DNA of 64,000 nucleotides from Burkholderiales bacterium (GTDB lineage: Bacteria; Pseudomonadota; Gammaproteobacteria; Burkholderiales; Ga0077523): assembly GCA_965279325.1 (NCBI GenBank), contig OZ257154.1, positions 4,865,340 to 4,929,339 on the forward strand. Reading direction: 5' to 3'. Under the pieces are notes generated by a model. The model did not search any database. It saw nothing but the letters and a program-made list of their open reading frames with translations, and was not told where the DNA came from. The position numbers and the translations under genes are program-made. Of this stretch, positions 29,238 to 39,428 are shown piece by piece (within the stretch, counting starts at the first letter, position 1; the number at the start of each line of letters is the position of its first letter).

Positions 29238-31188
29238 GATCCTCGAGGATCTTTCGCCGATCCTGCATCGGCCGGGGATGTACACCGACCCGGTCAACCC
29301 GAATCACGCCCTGGTCGAGATCGTCGACAACTCGGCGGACGAGGGCCTGGCGGGTTTTGCAAAGAACGTCGCGGTAACGCTGTGGGAGGATGGTTCCGCG
29401 GAAGTCGTGGACGACGGCCGCGGCATCCCGGTGGACATCCACCCGAAGAAGAAGGTGCCGGCGGTGCAGGTGATCTTCACCACGCTGCATTCGGGCGGCA
29501 AGTTCCGCAAGACCGACAAGGATGCGGTCTATCGCATCGCCGGCGGCCTGCACGGGGTGGGCGTATGCGTGAGCAACGCGCTGTCCACCAAACTCGAGGT
29601 GGACGTAAAGCGCGACGGCGCGGCCTGGCGCATCGTGTTCGCGCCGAACGGGCAGTTGAAGGAACCACTGCGCAAGACCGGCAACGCCGGCCCGCGCGAG
29701 AGCGGCACGCGGGTGCGATTCTGGCCCGACGCCAAGTATTTCGATTCGCCGAAGATCGTTCCGGCAGACATCGCCGCGCTGCTGCGCGCGAAGGCGATGC
29801 TGCTCCCCGGCGTGAAATTCACGCTGAACATCGAGAAGAACGGCAAGCTCGAAACGACCCAGTGGCATTTTCCCGAAGGCATCCGCGGCTACTTCGCCAA
29901 TGCCATGGCGGGCGCCGAGCCGGTTGCCTCGAGCTTCTTCGGCGAGCGCTACGTCACCGCGCAGTCCGAATCGGATAGCTTCGCGGAGGGCGAAGGCGCG
30001 CTGTGGGCGATCGCATGGACGCCCGATGGCGAGCTGGTGAACGAAGGCTACGTCAACATGATCCCGACACGGCACGGCGGCACGCACGTGTCCGGTTTGC
30101 GCGAAGGCGTCTACAACGCGATCCGCAATTTCATCGATCTGCACGCGATGGGCCAGCGTGGATTGAAGGTGGTGCCCGAGGATGTCTGGTCGCGCGCGAG
30201 CTATGTGCTCGCCGTGAAGATGCTCGATCCGCAGTTCAAGGGGCAGGTGAAGAACGAACTCATTTCACGCGATGCCGTGAAGCTCGTGGCGCAGATGGTG
30301 CGCGATCCGTTCGAGCTGTGGTTGAACCAGCACGTGGACGAGGCCAAGCGCATCGCCGAGCTGGTGATCCGCCAGGCCATGGCGCGCACGCGGGCGGCGC
30401 AGAAAGTGGAGCGGCGCAAGAGTTCCGGCGTGGCCGTGCTGCCCGGCAAGCTGACCGATTGCGCCTCGGACGATCCGGATCGCAACGAGCTCTTCATCGT
30501 CGAAGGCGACAGCGCGGGCGGGTCCGCGAAGCAGGCGCGCGACAAGGAATTCCAGGCGGTGCTGCCGCTCAAGGGCAAGCCCAAGAACACCTGGCAGGAT
30601 TCGCCCGACACGCTGTACGCGAACAAGGAGATCGAGGCTATCGCGCTGGCGGTGGGCGTGGATCATCACAAGCCCGGCGACAGTCCCGATCTCTCGGGCC
30701 TGCGCTATCGCAAGGTCATCATCCTCGCGGATGCCGACGTGGACGGGTCGCACATCCAGGTGCTACTGCTCACGCTGTTCTTCCGGCATTTCCCGAAGCT
30801 GATCGAGAAGGGCAACGTCTACGTGGCGCAGCCGCCGCTGTTCCGGATCGACGTGCCCGCCCACGGCAAGAACAAGCCGGCGCGCAAGCTCTATGCGCTC
30901 GACAAGCAGGAACTCGTGAGCCTCGAAGAGAAGCTCGCCGACGAAGGCGTGAAGGAAGGTTCGTGGGCGGTGAGCCGCTTCAAGGGCCTGGGCGAGATGA
31001 GCCCCGAACAGTTGTGGGAGACCACGCTCAACCCCGATACGCGGCGCATGCTGCCGGTGCTGGTGGAAGACGGGCAGATGGAAATCTCCAACGACATCTT
31101 CAACATGATGATGGCGAAGGAGAACGCGTCGCAGCGGCGGGAGTGGATGGAGACCTACGGCAATCTGGTGGATGCGGATATCTCATGA
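29197..31188 (+). CDS. parE: DNA topoisomerase IV subunit B
   Basis: LEDLSPILHRPGMYT, EIVDNSADE, VVDDGRGIPVD, LHGVG, EGDSAGGSAKQARD, IILADADVDGSHI. GHKL plus TOPRIM layout, adjacent to parC. Start at MARKDNAY. Confidence 0.9.
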   Translation: MARKDNAYTAEDIEILEDLSPILHRPGMYTDPVNPNHALVEIVDNSADEGLAGFAKNVAVTLWEDGSAEVVDDGRGIPVDIHPKKKVPAVQVIFTTLHSGGKFRKTDKDAVYRIAGGLHGVGVCVSNALSTKLEVDVKRDGAAWRIVFAPNGQLKEPLRKTGNAGPRESGTRVRFWPDAKYFDSPKIVPADIAALLRAKAMLLPGVKFTLNIEKNGKLETTQWHFPEGIRGYFANAMAGAEPVASSFFGERYVTAQSESDSFAEGEGALWAIAWTPDGELVNEGYVNMIPTRHGGTHVSGLREGVYNAIRNFIDLHAMGQRGLKVVPEDVWSRASYVLAVKMLDPQFKGQVKNELISRDAVKLVAQMVRDPFELWLNQHVDEAKRIAELVIRQAMARTRAAQKVERRKSSGVAVLPGKLTDCASDDPDRNELFIVEGDSAGGSAKQARDKEFQAVLPLKGKPKNTWQDSPDTLYANKEIEAIALAVGVDHHKPGDSPDLSGLRYRKVIILADADVDGSHIQVLLLTLFFRHFPKLIEKGNVYVAQPPLFRIDVPAHGKNKPARKLYALDKQELVSLEEKLADEGVKEGSWAVSRFKGLGEMSPEQLWETTLNPDTRRMLPVLVEDGQMEISNDIFNMMMAKENASQRREWMETYGNLVDADIS

Positions 31189-31223
31189 GGTTTCCTGCGT
31201 ACGACGAAAGGAACCGCTTTCAA

Positions 31224-31325
31224 CACAGAGGGCACAGAGGATCACAGAGGAAGAACATGAGGATGAGGATGACCCCGATTCGACGCAAGGATGGTTTTCC
31301 TCTGTGGACCTCTGTGTCCTCTGTG
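31224..31325. repeat. Mirrored array: 3x CACAGAGG, 48-nt centre, 3x CCTCTGTG
   Basis: CACAGAGG at 31224, 31233 and 31243. CCTCTGTG at 31299, 31309 and 31318. The 27-nt arms are complementary at 24 of 27 positions, differing only in the spacer bases. Confidence 0.85.
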
Positions 31326-31769
31326 GTGAAAGCGTTTGCCCTTCTTTGCCTGGTATCTACCCCGTTCCCTGCGCAAGCCCAGGGCGTGCCATCCGGAAAG
31401 ATTTCCGAGTTCGGCCTCTACAAGATAGTGGACGGCAAGCCCGTGCTGGAGAAGCAGACCAACCGCATTCCGGCCCGCAAGGGCGTGCGCTTCGGTTTCT
31501 GTGCCGATCTTGCGGGTCTGAACGAGGTCGACGGCAAGACGATGCTGTCCGAATTCGTGCGGCATCCCGTGTTGACGCAACCCAACGGCATCGAGAGCAA
31601 CGGTTGGAACGCCCCGCACATGGTTGCCGTGACGAACGGTCGCGGCCGCTGGTGCGGAGGCCATGAACTGCGCAACGACTGGCAGCTCGTGCCCGGCAAG
31701 TGGCGTTTCGCCGTCACCGACGGCGTGCGCGACATCGTGGTGCAGGATTTCGAATTGGTAGCTGATTGA
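31257..31769 (+). CDS. Exported hypothetical protein
   Basis: Hydrophobic signal-like segment [19 protein letters not shown], then a beta-rich body ([11 protein letters not shown]...WRFAVTDG). The ATG at 31257 has a GAGGAA Shine-Dalgarno. The GTG at 31326 is an alternative that would leave the whole repeat array untranslated. Confidence 0.6.
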   Translation: MRMRMTPIRRKDGFPLWTSVSSVVKAFALLCLVSTPFPAQAQGVPSGKISEFGLYKIVDGKPVLEKQTNRIPARKGVRFGFCADLAGLNEVDGKTMLSEFVRHPVLTQPNGIESNGWNAPHMVAVTNGRGRWCGGHELRNDWQLVPGKWRFAVTDGVRDIVVQDFELVAD

Positions 31770-31785
31770 TCGCAAGGACGCAAGT

Positions 31786-34233
31786 ATGGAAGACCAGGGA
31801 GATCTCTTCGCCAACGCGGGCGGCAACACCGCCATAGCCGAAGCTCCGCCCAAGGACGAAGCACCGAAGCCGCCGCGGGCTCCTGCAGGCGGTGGGGGAG
31901 GCGACGGCAAGCTGCCGCCGCATTTCGCGCCCATGGAGGGCGAGTTCGGCGACGCGCTGCCCATCGGGCGCTATGCGTCGCTGCAATACCTGCAGTACGC
32001 CATCGCCACGGTGAAGGATCGCGCGCTGCCGCGCGTGGGTGACGGTCAGAAGCCGGTGCAGGCGCGCATCCTTTACGCGATGTGGGAGATGGGCGGTCGC
32101 GCCGGTACACCACGGAAGAAGTCCGCGCGTGTCGTCGGTGACGTGCTCGGCAAATTCCACCCGCACGGCGATCAGTCGGTGTACGACGCCCTGGTGCGGC
32201 TCGCGCAGGATTTCACGCTGCGCTATCCGCTCATCGACGGCGAAGGCAACTTCGGTTCACGCGATGGCGACGAGCCGGCGGCCATGCGTTACACGGAAGC
32301 GCGGCTGACGAAGTTCTCCGAGGTGCTGCTGGCCGAGCTCGACCAGGGTACGGTCGATTTCGTTCCCAACTACGACGGCTCCACGCAGGAACCCGCCGTG
32401 CTGCCGGCACGGCTGCCGGTGTTGTTGCTGAACGGTGCGTCGGGCATCGCGGTCGGCATGGCCACCGAGATCCCGAGCCACAACCTGGTGGAAGTGGGCA
32501 ATGCGGCGATCGCGATGATCCGCGATCCGAAGCTCGACACGGCCGGCATCGTGCAGTACATCCAGGGCCCCGACTTCCCGGGCGGCGCGCAGATCATCAC
32601 GCCGCGAGAGGAGATGATCGCGGCCTACGAGAGCGGTCGCGGCTCGGTGCGGGTGCGCGCGCGCTGGACCATCGAGCGCCTCGCACGCGGCCAGTGGCAG
32701 GTGGTCGTGACCGAGATGCCGCCGGGCGCTTCGGCCCGCAAGGTGCTGGAGGAGATCGACGCGCTCACCAATCCGCAGCCCAAGCCGGGCAAGAAGTCGC
32801 TCACGCCCGAGCAGCAGCGCGAGAAGGCGCTGATGCTGTCGATGCTCGACAAGGCGCGCGACGAATCCGACCGCACGCATCCCGTGCGGCTGGTGCTGGA
32901 ACCCAAGACCTCGAAGGTCGACGAGACCGAATTCGTCAACCTGCTGCTGGCGAAGACGAGCCTCGAAGGCAACGCGTCCATCAACATGGTGATGGTCGGC
33001 CTCGATGGGCGGCCCACCGGCAAGTCGTTGCGGGAGCTGCTGCTCGAATGGACCGAATTCCGGCTCGCAACCGTCACGCGGCGATCGCAGTATCGGCTCG
33101 ACCAGGTACTCGACCGCATCCACGTGCTCGAAGGCCGGATGATCGTCCTGCTCAACGTGGACAAGGTCATCAAGGTCATCCGCAATGCCGACGAACCGAA
33201 GGCCGAGCTGATGGCCGAGTTCGGGCTGACCGACCGCCAGGCCGAGGACATCCTGGAGATGCGGCTGCGGCAGTTGGCCAAGCTCGAGCACATCAAGGTG
33301 GAGAAGGAACTGGGCGAGAAGCGCAAGGAGCAGAAGGATCTCGAGAAGATCCTCGGTTCGCGCAAGACGCTGGAGAACCTGGTGGTGAAGGAGATCGAGG
33401 CCGACATCAAGGCCTTCGGCGATGCGCGGCGCACGGTCATCGAGGTGTCCGAGAAGGCCGTCATGGCGAAGCCGATCATCGACGAACCGGTGACGGTGAT
33501 CTTCTCCCGCAATGGCTGGATTCGCGGCCGGCAGGGTTGGGAGGTGGATCCGTCCGCGTTGTCGTTCAAGGAAGGCGACGGCCTGCAGACGCTCATCCAG
33601 TGCCGCACCGTCGACCCGGTCGTGTTCCTCGACTCGAAGGGTCGCGCGTATTCCGTCGACGCCTCGACCTTGCCGTCCGGTCGCGGCGATGGTGTGCCGG
33701 CTTCGTCGCTGGTGGAAGTCCAGGACGGCGCGAAGATCCTGTATTGCCTAGCGGGCAAGCCGGACACGCAGGTGCTGGTGGCCTCCACCGGCGGCTATGC
33801 GTTCCACACGAAGCTCGCCGACATGGTGTCCAACCGGCGCGCGGGCCGCGAGTTCATGACGCTGGAGGCATCGGAAGCGCCGGTGCCGCCGATGGTGTTC
33901 ACGGACACCCCAGGCAGCTACGTCGCCTCCGTCTCCGAAGGCGGGAAGCTGCTGCTCGTACAGCTCGCCGAACTCAAATATCAGCCGAAGGGACGAGGCC
34001 TGATCCTGATGGGTCTCGACAAGGGCGAGAAGCTGGTCGCGGTGATGGTGTCGGATCAGCCGACGCTGACCGTCCTGGGCATCGGGCGCGGCGGCAAGGA
34101 CAAGGAAGTCGTGGTGGGCAAGAAGGACATCGGCCACTTCGCGAGCACGCGCGCGCACAAGGGGCGGGTGCTGCCGGAAAAGGTGAAGCCGACGGGATTC
34201 AAGGCGGCGCCGAAGCTGGAGTTGAATGGGTGA
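31786..34233 (+). CDS. parC: DNA topoisomerase IV subunit A
   Basis: [50 protein letters not shown] (catalytic Tyr). No GyrA-box seen in the C-terminal domain. Carries a Pro/Ala/Gly-rich N-terminal extension of about 55 aa. Confidence 0.9.
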   Translation: MEDQGDLFANAGGNTAIAEAPPKDEAPKPPRAPAGGGGGDGKLPPHFAPMEGEFGDALPIGRYASLQYLQYAIATVKDRALPRVGDGQKPVQARILYAMWEMGGRAGTPRKKSARVVGDVLGKFHPHGDQSVYDALVRLAQDFTLRYPLIDGEGNFGSRDGDEPAAMRYTEARLTKFSEVLLAELDQGTVDFVPNYDGSTQEPAVLPARLPVLLLNGASGIAVGMATEIPSHNLVEVGNAAIAMIRDPKLDTAGIVQYIQGPDFPGGAQIITPREEMIAAYESGRGSVRVRARWTIERLARGQWQVVVTEMPPGASARKVLEEIDALTNPQPKPGKKSLTPEQQREKALMLSMLDKARDESDRTHPVRLVLEPKTSKVDETEFVNLLLAKTSLEGNASINMVMVGLDGRPTGKSLRELLLEWTEFRLATVTRRSQYRLDQVLDRIHVLEGRMIVLLNVDKVIKVIRNADEPKAELMAEFGLTDRQAEDILEMRLRQLAKLEHIKVEKELGEKRKEQKDLEKILGSRKTLENLVVKEIEADIKAFGDARRTVIEVSEKAVMAKPIIDEPVTVIFSRNGWIRGRQGWEVDPSALSFKEGDGLQTLIQCRTVDPVVFLDSKGRAYSVDASTLPSGRGDGVPASSLVEVQDGAKILYCLAGKPDTQVLVASTGGYAFHTKLADMVSNRRAGREFMTLEASEAPVPPMVFTDTPGSYVASVSEGGKLLLVQLAELKYQPKGRGLILMGLDKGEKLVAVMVSDQPTLTVLGIGRGGKDKEVVVGKKDIGHFASTRAHKGRVLPEKVKPTGFKAAPKLELNG

Positions 34234-34252
34234 TTGCCGAGTAGCGGCCGCG

Positions 34253-34342
34253 GCCCCCACCCCAGCCCTCCCCCGACGAAGTCGGGGGAGGGAGCGGTAC
34301 ACCCCTTCCTCCGCGATAGCGGGGGAAGGTTGGGATGGGGGC
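34253..34342. repeat. GC-rich nested-hairpin REP-like element, two-hairpin copy
   Basis: Outer arms GCCCCCACCCCAGCC / GGTTGGGATGGGGGC enclose the hairpins CCCTCCCCCGAC-GAA-GTCGGGGGAGGG and CCTTCCTCCGC-GATA-GCGGGGGAAGG. It starts 20 nt after the parC stop. Confidence 0.85.
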
Positions 34343-34386
34343 AACCATCTCTCGCCAACGACGAAGACGACATCAGGTCCCGGACG

Positions 34387-35406
34387 ATGAAGCTGCTATC
34401 AACCCTGCTGCTCGCGCTGATCGCAACAGCTATCGCCGCGCCGACCACCCACGCCGCACCACCCGAGAAACCCAACCTCACCATCGCCGTTGGCGGCAAG
34501 ACGACGCTCTACTACCTGCCGCTCACGCTCGCGGAGCGGCTGGGCTATTTCAAGGACGAGGGCCTCGAAGTGGAGGTCCTCGACTTCCCCGGCGGCGCCA
34601 AGGCCCTGCAGGCGCTGATCGGCGGCAGCGCCGACATCGTGTCGGGTGGTTTCGAGCACACGCTCCAGATGCAGGCGAAGGGGCAGAAGGTGCAGGCCTT
34701 CGTGCTCCAGGGCAATGCAGCGCTCGCGCTCGGGTTGGTGAAAGGCAAGTTCGCGTCCTACGCCGGACCGCAGGACCTCAAGGGACGCAAGATCGGAGTG
34801 ACCGCACCCGGATCGAGCACGCACACGTTCCTCAACCAGTTGCTCGCTGCGGCGAAGCTCAAGCCTGAGGATGTGTCCGCGATCGGCGTCGGCACGGGTG
34901 CGACCGCTGTCGCTGCGGGACGCAGCGGCCAGCTCGATGCCATCGCCAACGTCGAGCCCGCCATCGTGATGCTGGAAAAATCCGGCGACCTCAAGGTGGT
35001 CCACGAGACTTTCAGCGATGCCGGTACGCGTGCGGTCTACGGTGGTCCCGTGCCATCGGCTTGCCTGTATGCCAGGGACACGTTCATCCAGGCGAACCCG
35101 AAGACGGTGCAGGCGTTGACCAATGCGATGGTGCGCGCGCTGCGCTGGCTGCGGAAGGCCTCGGCGGACGAGGTGATGAAGGCGGTTCCGCCGGAGTACG
35201 CGCTCGGTGATCGCGCGGTGTACGCAGCGGCACTGGAGCGGTTGAGGTCCGTGTACTCCGCCGATGGCATGTTCTCCCCGGATGGCGTGGAACGGTCCTA
35301 CAGGATGACCGCCGCGAGCGACGCATCGGTGCGCGACGCAGGCGCGAATATCCGCCTCGATCAGGCCTGGACCAACGCGTTCGTCGAGAAGGTGCCGGCG
35401 CGCTAG
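34387..35406 (+). CDS. ABC-transporter substrate-binding protein (NMT1/THI5, sulfonate-nitrate-type), orphan
   Basis: Signal peptide MKLLSTLLLALIATAIAAPTTHA, then LTIAVGGKTTLYYLPLTLAERLGYFKDEGLEVEV..FPGGAKALQALIGGSADI. No permease or ATPase gene is adjacent. Confidence 0.75.
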   Translation: MKLLSTLLLALIATAIAAPTTHAAPPEKPNLTIAVGGKTTLYYLPLTLAERLGYFKDEGLEVEVLDFPGGAKALQALIGGSADIVSGGFEHTLQMQAKGQKVQAFVLQGNAALALGLVKGKFASYAGPQDLKGRKIGVTAPGSSTHTFLNQLLAAAKLKPEDVSAIGVGTGATAVAAGRSGQLDAIANVEPAIVMLEKSGDLKVVHETFSDAGTRAVYGGPVPSACLYARDTFIQANPKTVQALTNAMVRALRWLRKASADEVMKAVPPEYALGDRAVYAAALERLRSVYSADGMFSPDGVERSYRMTAASDASVRDAGANIRLDQAWTNAFVEKVPAR

Positions 35407-35666
35407 CCTCCTGACCATCATGGGGCTATCGCGGCTGTCGTGTCGGCGTCCAGCGTCGACTCTCCTGTCTGTCGATCCCCGTTCTCCGAACGGGGCGGCG
35501 AACGCGGCGGAGCAGGGGCCACAACGTTTGGGGATGCGACCCGCGGTTCGGCGCAAGGGGATCGCCGCCCCGACGATCGATTCCGCGGTCAGATCCCCAT
35601 CTTGCGATGGGGCCCCTCTTCCGCGCTGCATCGATCCCCTCGCCAGGTGGCTCGCGCCGCTAGCCC

Positions 35667-38600
35667 TCAGGGCTTCGGGGCAGGCTCGGTCTTCGCACCC
35701 TTCCCGTTGGCTTCCGTCGACATCGTGGTCACGAGATCCACGGGCAGCTTCACCGTGTTCCCAATGATGTCTACGAGGCGGGAGGCGACAGCCCGGGCGC
35801 CGAGCGGAATGATGATGGGCTTGTCGAAGGTTCCGCCCACTCGCACGGGGAGTGCCAGCACCGTACCGCCAAAGATCCGGCCGATGATGGGCAATTTGTC
35901 GAGGAACCGGTTGGCTGTCTGCAGCGGGGCCACCAGCACGTTGACATCCACCTTGCGCGTGCCGTAGCTGGCGCTGCCCTGCGCGGCGATCTTGACGCCG
36001 GTCGCGTCGAGCACCGCTTCGTCGAAGTGGACCGTCCGCCCGGCAATGCGGCCCTTGATACTGGCGGAGCGGTAGGCCATGCCCTTGGTCTTCAGATCGG
36101 GAAGGGAGCCGTTCACGACCTCGGTCACGTTGAGCAGGTCGAAGACCTTGGTGAGCGTGTCGAACTTCTCGATGCGGCCGTCGCGCGACAGGGCCGAGAA
36201 CATTCCCTCCACGTGATCGAGCAGCGCGCCAGGCTCGCCTTGCGCCTTCATCTCGATGTCGACGTCCACGCGGCCGGTCACGCTCAGGCGTTGCTCCGTG
36301 AGACAGGCGACCGACTTGTCCAGATCGACGTCCCGGGCATGCGCGGCGATTTCGAGGCTCATCGTGGTCGACGTGAGGCCTCCGCTACCCACGAGCGAGA
36401 TGGCGCACACCGACGCTTCCCGGATCCGCAGATCGAGGTGCCCGGTTTCCAGGGCGGCACTGCCAACGAGGGGCGTGACCTCGAGCGGACCGCGGCGCAG
36501 CCGGCGGATGTCGAACCGTACTTCGCCCGTCAGCGGAACCCGATCCAGAATGCTGAGATTTTGGCGAGTCTCGGCTGCAGCGGTAGTCTGATCGGGCTTG
36601 GTTTCGGTCGTTTCCTTCGGCGCCGGCAGCGTGATCTCATCGGAGCGCAGATCAGCATCCACGCGGTACTTCTCCTTCGACCGATCGATGCTGCCGCTGA
36701 TCGCCAGTCGATTCGGACCCGCTTCGAGCATCGCCGACTGGATCGTGATCAGGGATCCCTTCGCTTCGAGCGAGAACGCCTCGATGTTCAGAGGTTCGGG
36801 CACGCGCAGCGGCAGGTGGATGCCCGATCCGCTGAGGAAGCCCGTGCCCGTGCCGTGACCGGCCCTTTTCCAATCACCGTCGATCTGCAGGTCGCCGCTC
36901 ATTTCGGTGAGCGTGACCGGTGGCTGCATGAACATGTTCGCGATGCTGGTGCCGGCCAGCTTTCCCTTGAACGTCGCTTCGAAACGAGTGCCTTCCAGGC
37001 GGCCGCCCAGCGTGGCATCGGAACCGTCGTCGCGCACCGTGAGGTTCGACAGTTCGATCCGGTCAGGCGTCCGGCTGACTGCGAATCCGATGGCTGGCCC
37101 ACCCGTGACCGCCACTTTCCCACTCGCATTCATTGCGCCGCTCTTGCGCCATTTTGCGCTCACGTCCGACAGGGCGACTGCGCCCCGCAATCGCAAGCCA
37201 TCGGGGAGGCTTGCCTTCATGTGAAGCCATCCGAGCAATTCGAGACCGAGGCGTCCGGCGACGTTCGCTTCGAGTTCGTCGATGCCGTCGCGATAGTCGT
37301 CCGTGTGTCCGGAAATCTCGAGCCTTCCATCGAGTGCGGATACGCTCACGCCGCTGGCCGCGAGGGCGCGAGGATCGACAGCGATCGTACCGCCATGGAG
37401 CGTGACCGGTGGCGCCAGGGTCGGTGCCTTGATCGTCACTTGTTGCGGCGAGGCTGTCACGCGGAACAGCAGGTCCTTCGGCGTGCGCACGGAGCCTTCG
37501 AGTCCGGACAACTTCACCACGAGGTTGCCGGAGGCACTGGTCAGGGGCTCGAGGCTCTGCTTGAAGTCGGGCTGCTGCTTCGCCCACCGAAGCAGAGGCT
37601 CGAGCGCGATGATCGCAGACCCGTGCCCGCCGATGACCCGATACGGCGATTTCAGGGCGAGGTGCGCACCCAGGCCGTCGAACGCGATCGGACCAAGGGA
37701 TCCATCGACACCCTCCGCGGAGATCGCGGTGTCCGCATAGAGCACCGTGCCGCGTGCGATCCGGAGCGGAAACGGAAGGGTGTCGTGCGTCATCGTCCCA
37801 TTCAACGACTGAACGAGGACTGACGGGCGCATGTGCTCGACATCGCCCGCGAGCATGACGCGCACGACAGCGCTGCCTTCGAGTTGCTTCAGGCGATCCA
37901 TCTGCTCGCGGGCGCCGCGATCGGTGACTACGCGCTTCGAAATCGCCAGGGCTTCCGGCAGATTCGTATCGACGACGAGCTCGACGTGCAGTGGCATCGG
38001 CGTTGCGCCCAGCCGGGTCACGAACAGGCCATCGCGTGCCTTCGATTGCTCCAGCCGTGCACCGACCTGTTCCACGCGCAGTTCTCCCTCCTTCAGGGAG
38101 GCTGTCGCTGTCACCTCGTGCAGGTGGAGATCGTAGGCCGGCACGACGAGCTCGACACCGGCGATCTCTCCCTGGGCCTGCATCGCGGCGGGTTGCGCCA
38201 GCCCATCGATCGTGAGCGCATGACTGGCGAATTGCAGCGTGAGAATGGTGCCCGCCGCCAGGCTTGCCGGTGGATGTGCGAGCCAGTCGACATCCGGTGC
38301 GAGGCCCTGCGCCAAGGAATGCAAGACGGGAATGTCCAGATCGCCGGTCCGCGCTTCCACCTGGTAGCCGGCAGCTTCGCTCCACTTGAGGTTTGCCGTT
38401 GCCGCGATCTCGGGCGTCTCCAGTGACGCTCGACCTACCGTCACCGACATCACACCGCCATGGATGCGTGCCGTAGCGTCGATGGCAGCGCCTTGGGCGT
38501 CGAGGCGTCCCTTGCCGGCGCGGACGACGAGCGAAGGCGAGGTGAGGGACGCCTCGGCCTGTGCGTCGACGAGTCCGCGCATCTGCCACTTGAGCGTGCC

Positions 38601-39335
38601 CTGCACCGTGGCCCGTTCCACCGGCCATTGGTCACCGAGACCCGCGATCGCGCCGATCCTGTCCAACGCCAGCCCGGCGATTTCGATACGGCCTTCACCC
38701 GCAAGGCTGTCGCGTGCCAGTCGAGCCGTGGCGTCCAGTTTCTGCCACAGGTCGGCGGTGCCGGACACATGGGCCTCGAGCGTGCCATCGACTACGGCGA
38801 AACGGATGCCGACGTTGCGCGCCTGCAACGGCGCACGCGAGCCGATGCGAAATTCGAGATTTCCGTCGACGATCTCGACGACCGCGTCCGGCGCTGCGTC
38901 TGCGATCGCGGCCACGACCTTGCGCAGACTGTCCTCCGTCTGCTTGAGGGAGAACGGTGTCGGATCGGGTTCCGGTTCCGGGAGGCTCACCCGAACCGTC
39001 GGATGTTCCAGGCGGACGCTGCGGGGCTGGACCCGCCCTCGCAGAAGCGCCAGGAAATCCAGATCGATCGTGCCCGACTTCGCGGCGACCTCGACCATGC
39101 CAGGCATCGAGTAGCCGGGCTCGATGAGCACGATGCCCGGCAGCGGCAGGTAGTGCAGGTCGACGCGGGCGAAGCGGGCGTGGCCTCCCGATGCCTCGCC
39201 GACCCACTGCGCGACCTTCGCCTGCACGCTGCCGGCGTCGATCCAGAGGGGTGCACACAGCACCAGCACCACGACGGCCAGCAGCGACACCGCACATGCG
39301 GCGGCGATCCATCGCAGGACGGACCATCGCGCCAT
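35667..39335 (-). CDS. AsmA-like / YhdP-like giant envelope protein
   Basis: 1222 aa with an N-terminal membrane anchor (WIAAACAVSLLAVVVLVLCAPLW), a long repetitive beta-rich body, and a C-terminal PIIGRIFGGTVLALPVRVGGTFDKPII segment typical of AsmA-like C-terminal regions. Confidence 0.7.
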   Translation of the reverse strand: MARWSVLRWIAAACAVSLLAVVVLVLCAPLWIDAGSVQAKVAQWVGEASGGHARFARVDLHYLPLPGIVLIEPGYSMPGMVEVAAKSGTIDLDFLALLRGRVQPRSVRLEHPTVRVSLPEPEPDPTPFSLKQTEDSLRKVVAAIADAAPDAVVEIVDGNLEFRIGSRAPLQARNVGIRFAVVDGTLEAHVSGTADLWQKLDATARLARDSLAGEGRIEIAGLALDRIGAIAGLGDQWPVERATVQGTLKWQMRGLVDAQAEASLTSPSLVVRAGKGRLDAQGAAIDATARIHGGVMSVTVGRASLETPEIAATANLKWSEAAGYQVEARTGDLDIPVLHSLAQGLAPDVDWLAHPPASLAAGTILTLQFASHALTIDGLAQPAAMQAQGEIAGVELVVPAYDLHLHEVTATASLKEGELRVEQVGARLEQSKARDGLFVTRLGATPMPLHVELVVDTNLPEALAISKRVVTDRGAREQMDRLKQLEGSAVVRVMLAGDVEHMRPSVLVQSLNGTMTHDTLPFPLRIARGTVLYADTAISAEGVDGSLGPIAFDGLGAHLALKSPYRVIGGHGSAIIALEPLLRWAKQQPDFKQSLEPLTSASGNLVVKLSGLEGSVRTPKDLLFRVTASPQQVTIKAPTLAPPVTLHGGTIAVDPRALAASGVSVSALDGRLEISGHTDDYRDGIDELEANVAGRLGLELLGWLHMKASLPDGLRLRGAVALSDVSAKWRKSGAMNASGKVAVTGGPAIGFAVSRTPDRIELSNLTVRDDGSDATLGGRLEGTRFEATFKGKLAGTSIANMFMQPPVTLTEMSGDLQIDGDWKRAGHGTGTGFLSGSGIHLPLRVPEPLNIEAFSLEAKGSLITIQSAMLEAGPNRLAISGSIDRSKEKYRVDADLRSDEITLPAPKETTETKPDQTTAAAETRQNLSILDRVPLTGEVRFDIRRLRRGPLEVTPLVGSAALETGHLDLRIREASVCAISLVGSGGLTSTTMSLEIAAHARDVDLDKSVACLTEQRLSVTGRVDVDIEMKAQGEPGALLDHVEGMFSALSRDGRIEKFDTLTKVFDLLNVTEVVNGSLPDLKTKGMAYRSASIKGRIAGRTVHFDEAVLDATGVKIAAQGSASYGTRKVDVNVLVAPLQTANRFLDKLPIIGRIFGGTVLALPVRVGGTFDKPIIIPLGARAVASRLVDIIGNTVKLPVDLVTTMSTEANGKGAKTEPAPKP

Positions 39336-39428
39336 GCGGTTACAGCCCGGGCGCGACCGAAGCTGCGCCAGGGTCGCGGAACATCACCGACCCATGGCGC
39401 GAAGCGGAGGGGGGCGCCTCGTCTGCGA

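Noticed and set aside
28726-30144. A 472-aa minus-strand ORF, plus similar long antisense or alternative-frame ORFs elsewhere. Examples are 7245..9419, 16353..18341, 36027..37823, 40583..42211, 44331..45863, 54840..56081, 56312..57823 and 59038..60426.
   Set aside because: Each is the mirror or an alternative frame of a gene with strong family signatures (parE, proS, enolase-like, AsmA-like, LarA-like, CaiB/ACAD, ccoN, ccoO fusion, ccoI). Their products are low-complexity and Arg/Pro/Gly-rich.
34234-34386. The N-terminal extension of the binding-protein ORF, and ORFs 41961..42431 and 41974..42177, which read through the REP-like elements.
   Set aside because: The Pro/Gly/Ser-rich peptides are translation artefacts of the GC hairpin repeats. 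The binding protein has a proper signal peptide starting at the ATG at 34387.
35407-35666. A 260-nt convergent intergenic region with two short GC hairpins (CCCCGTTC-TCC-GAACGGGG and CCCCATC-TTGC-GATGGGG), considered as a small RNA.
   Set aside because: I could find no promoter-like element, U tract or similarity to any RNA family. The hairpins may simply serve as terminators for the flanking convergent genes. The evidence is insufficient.
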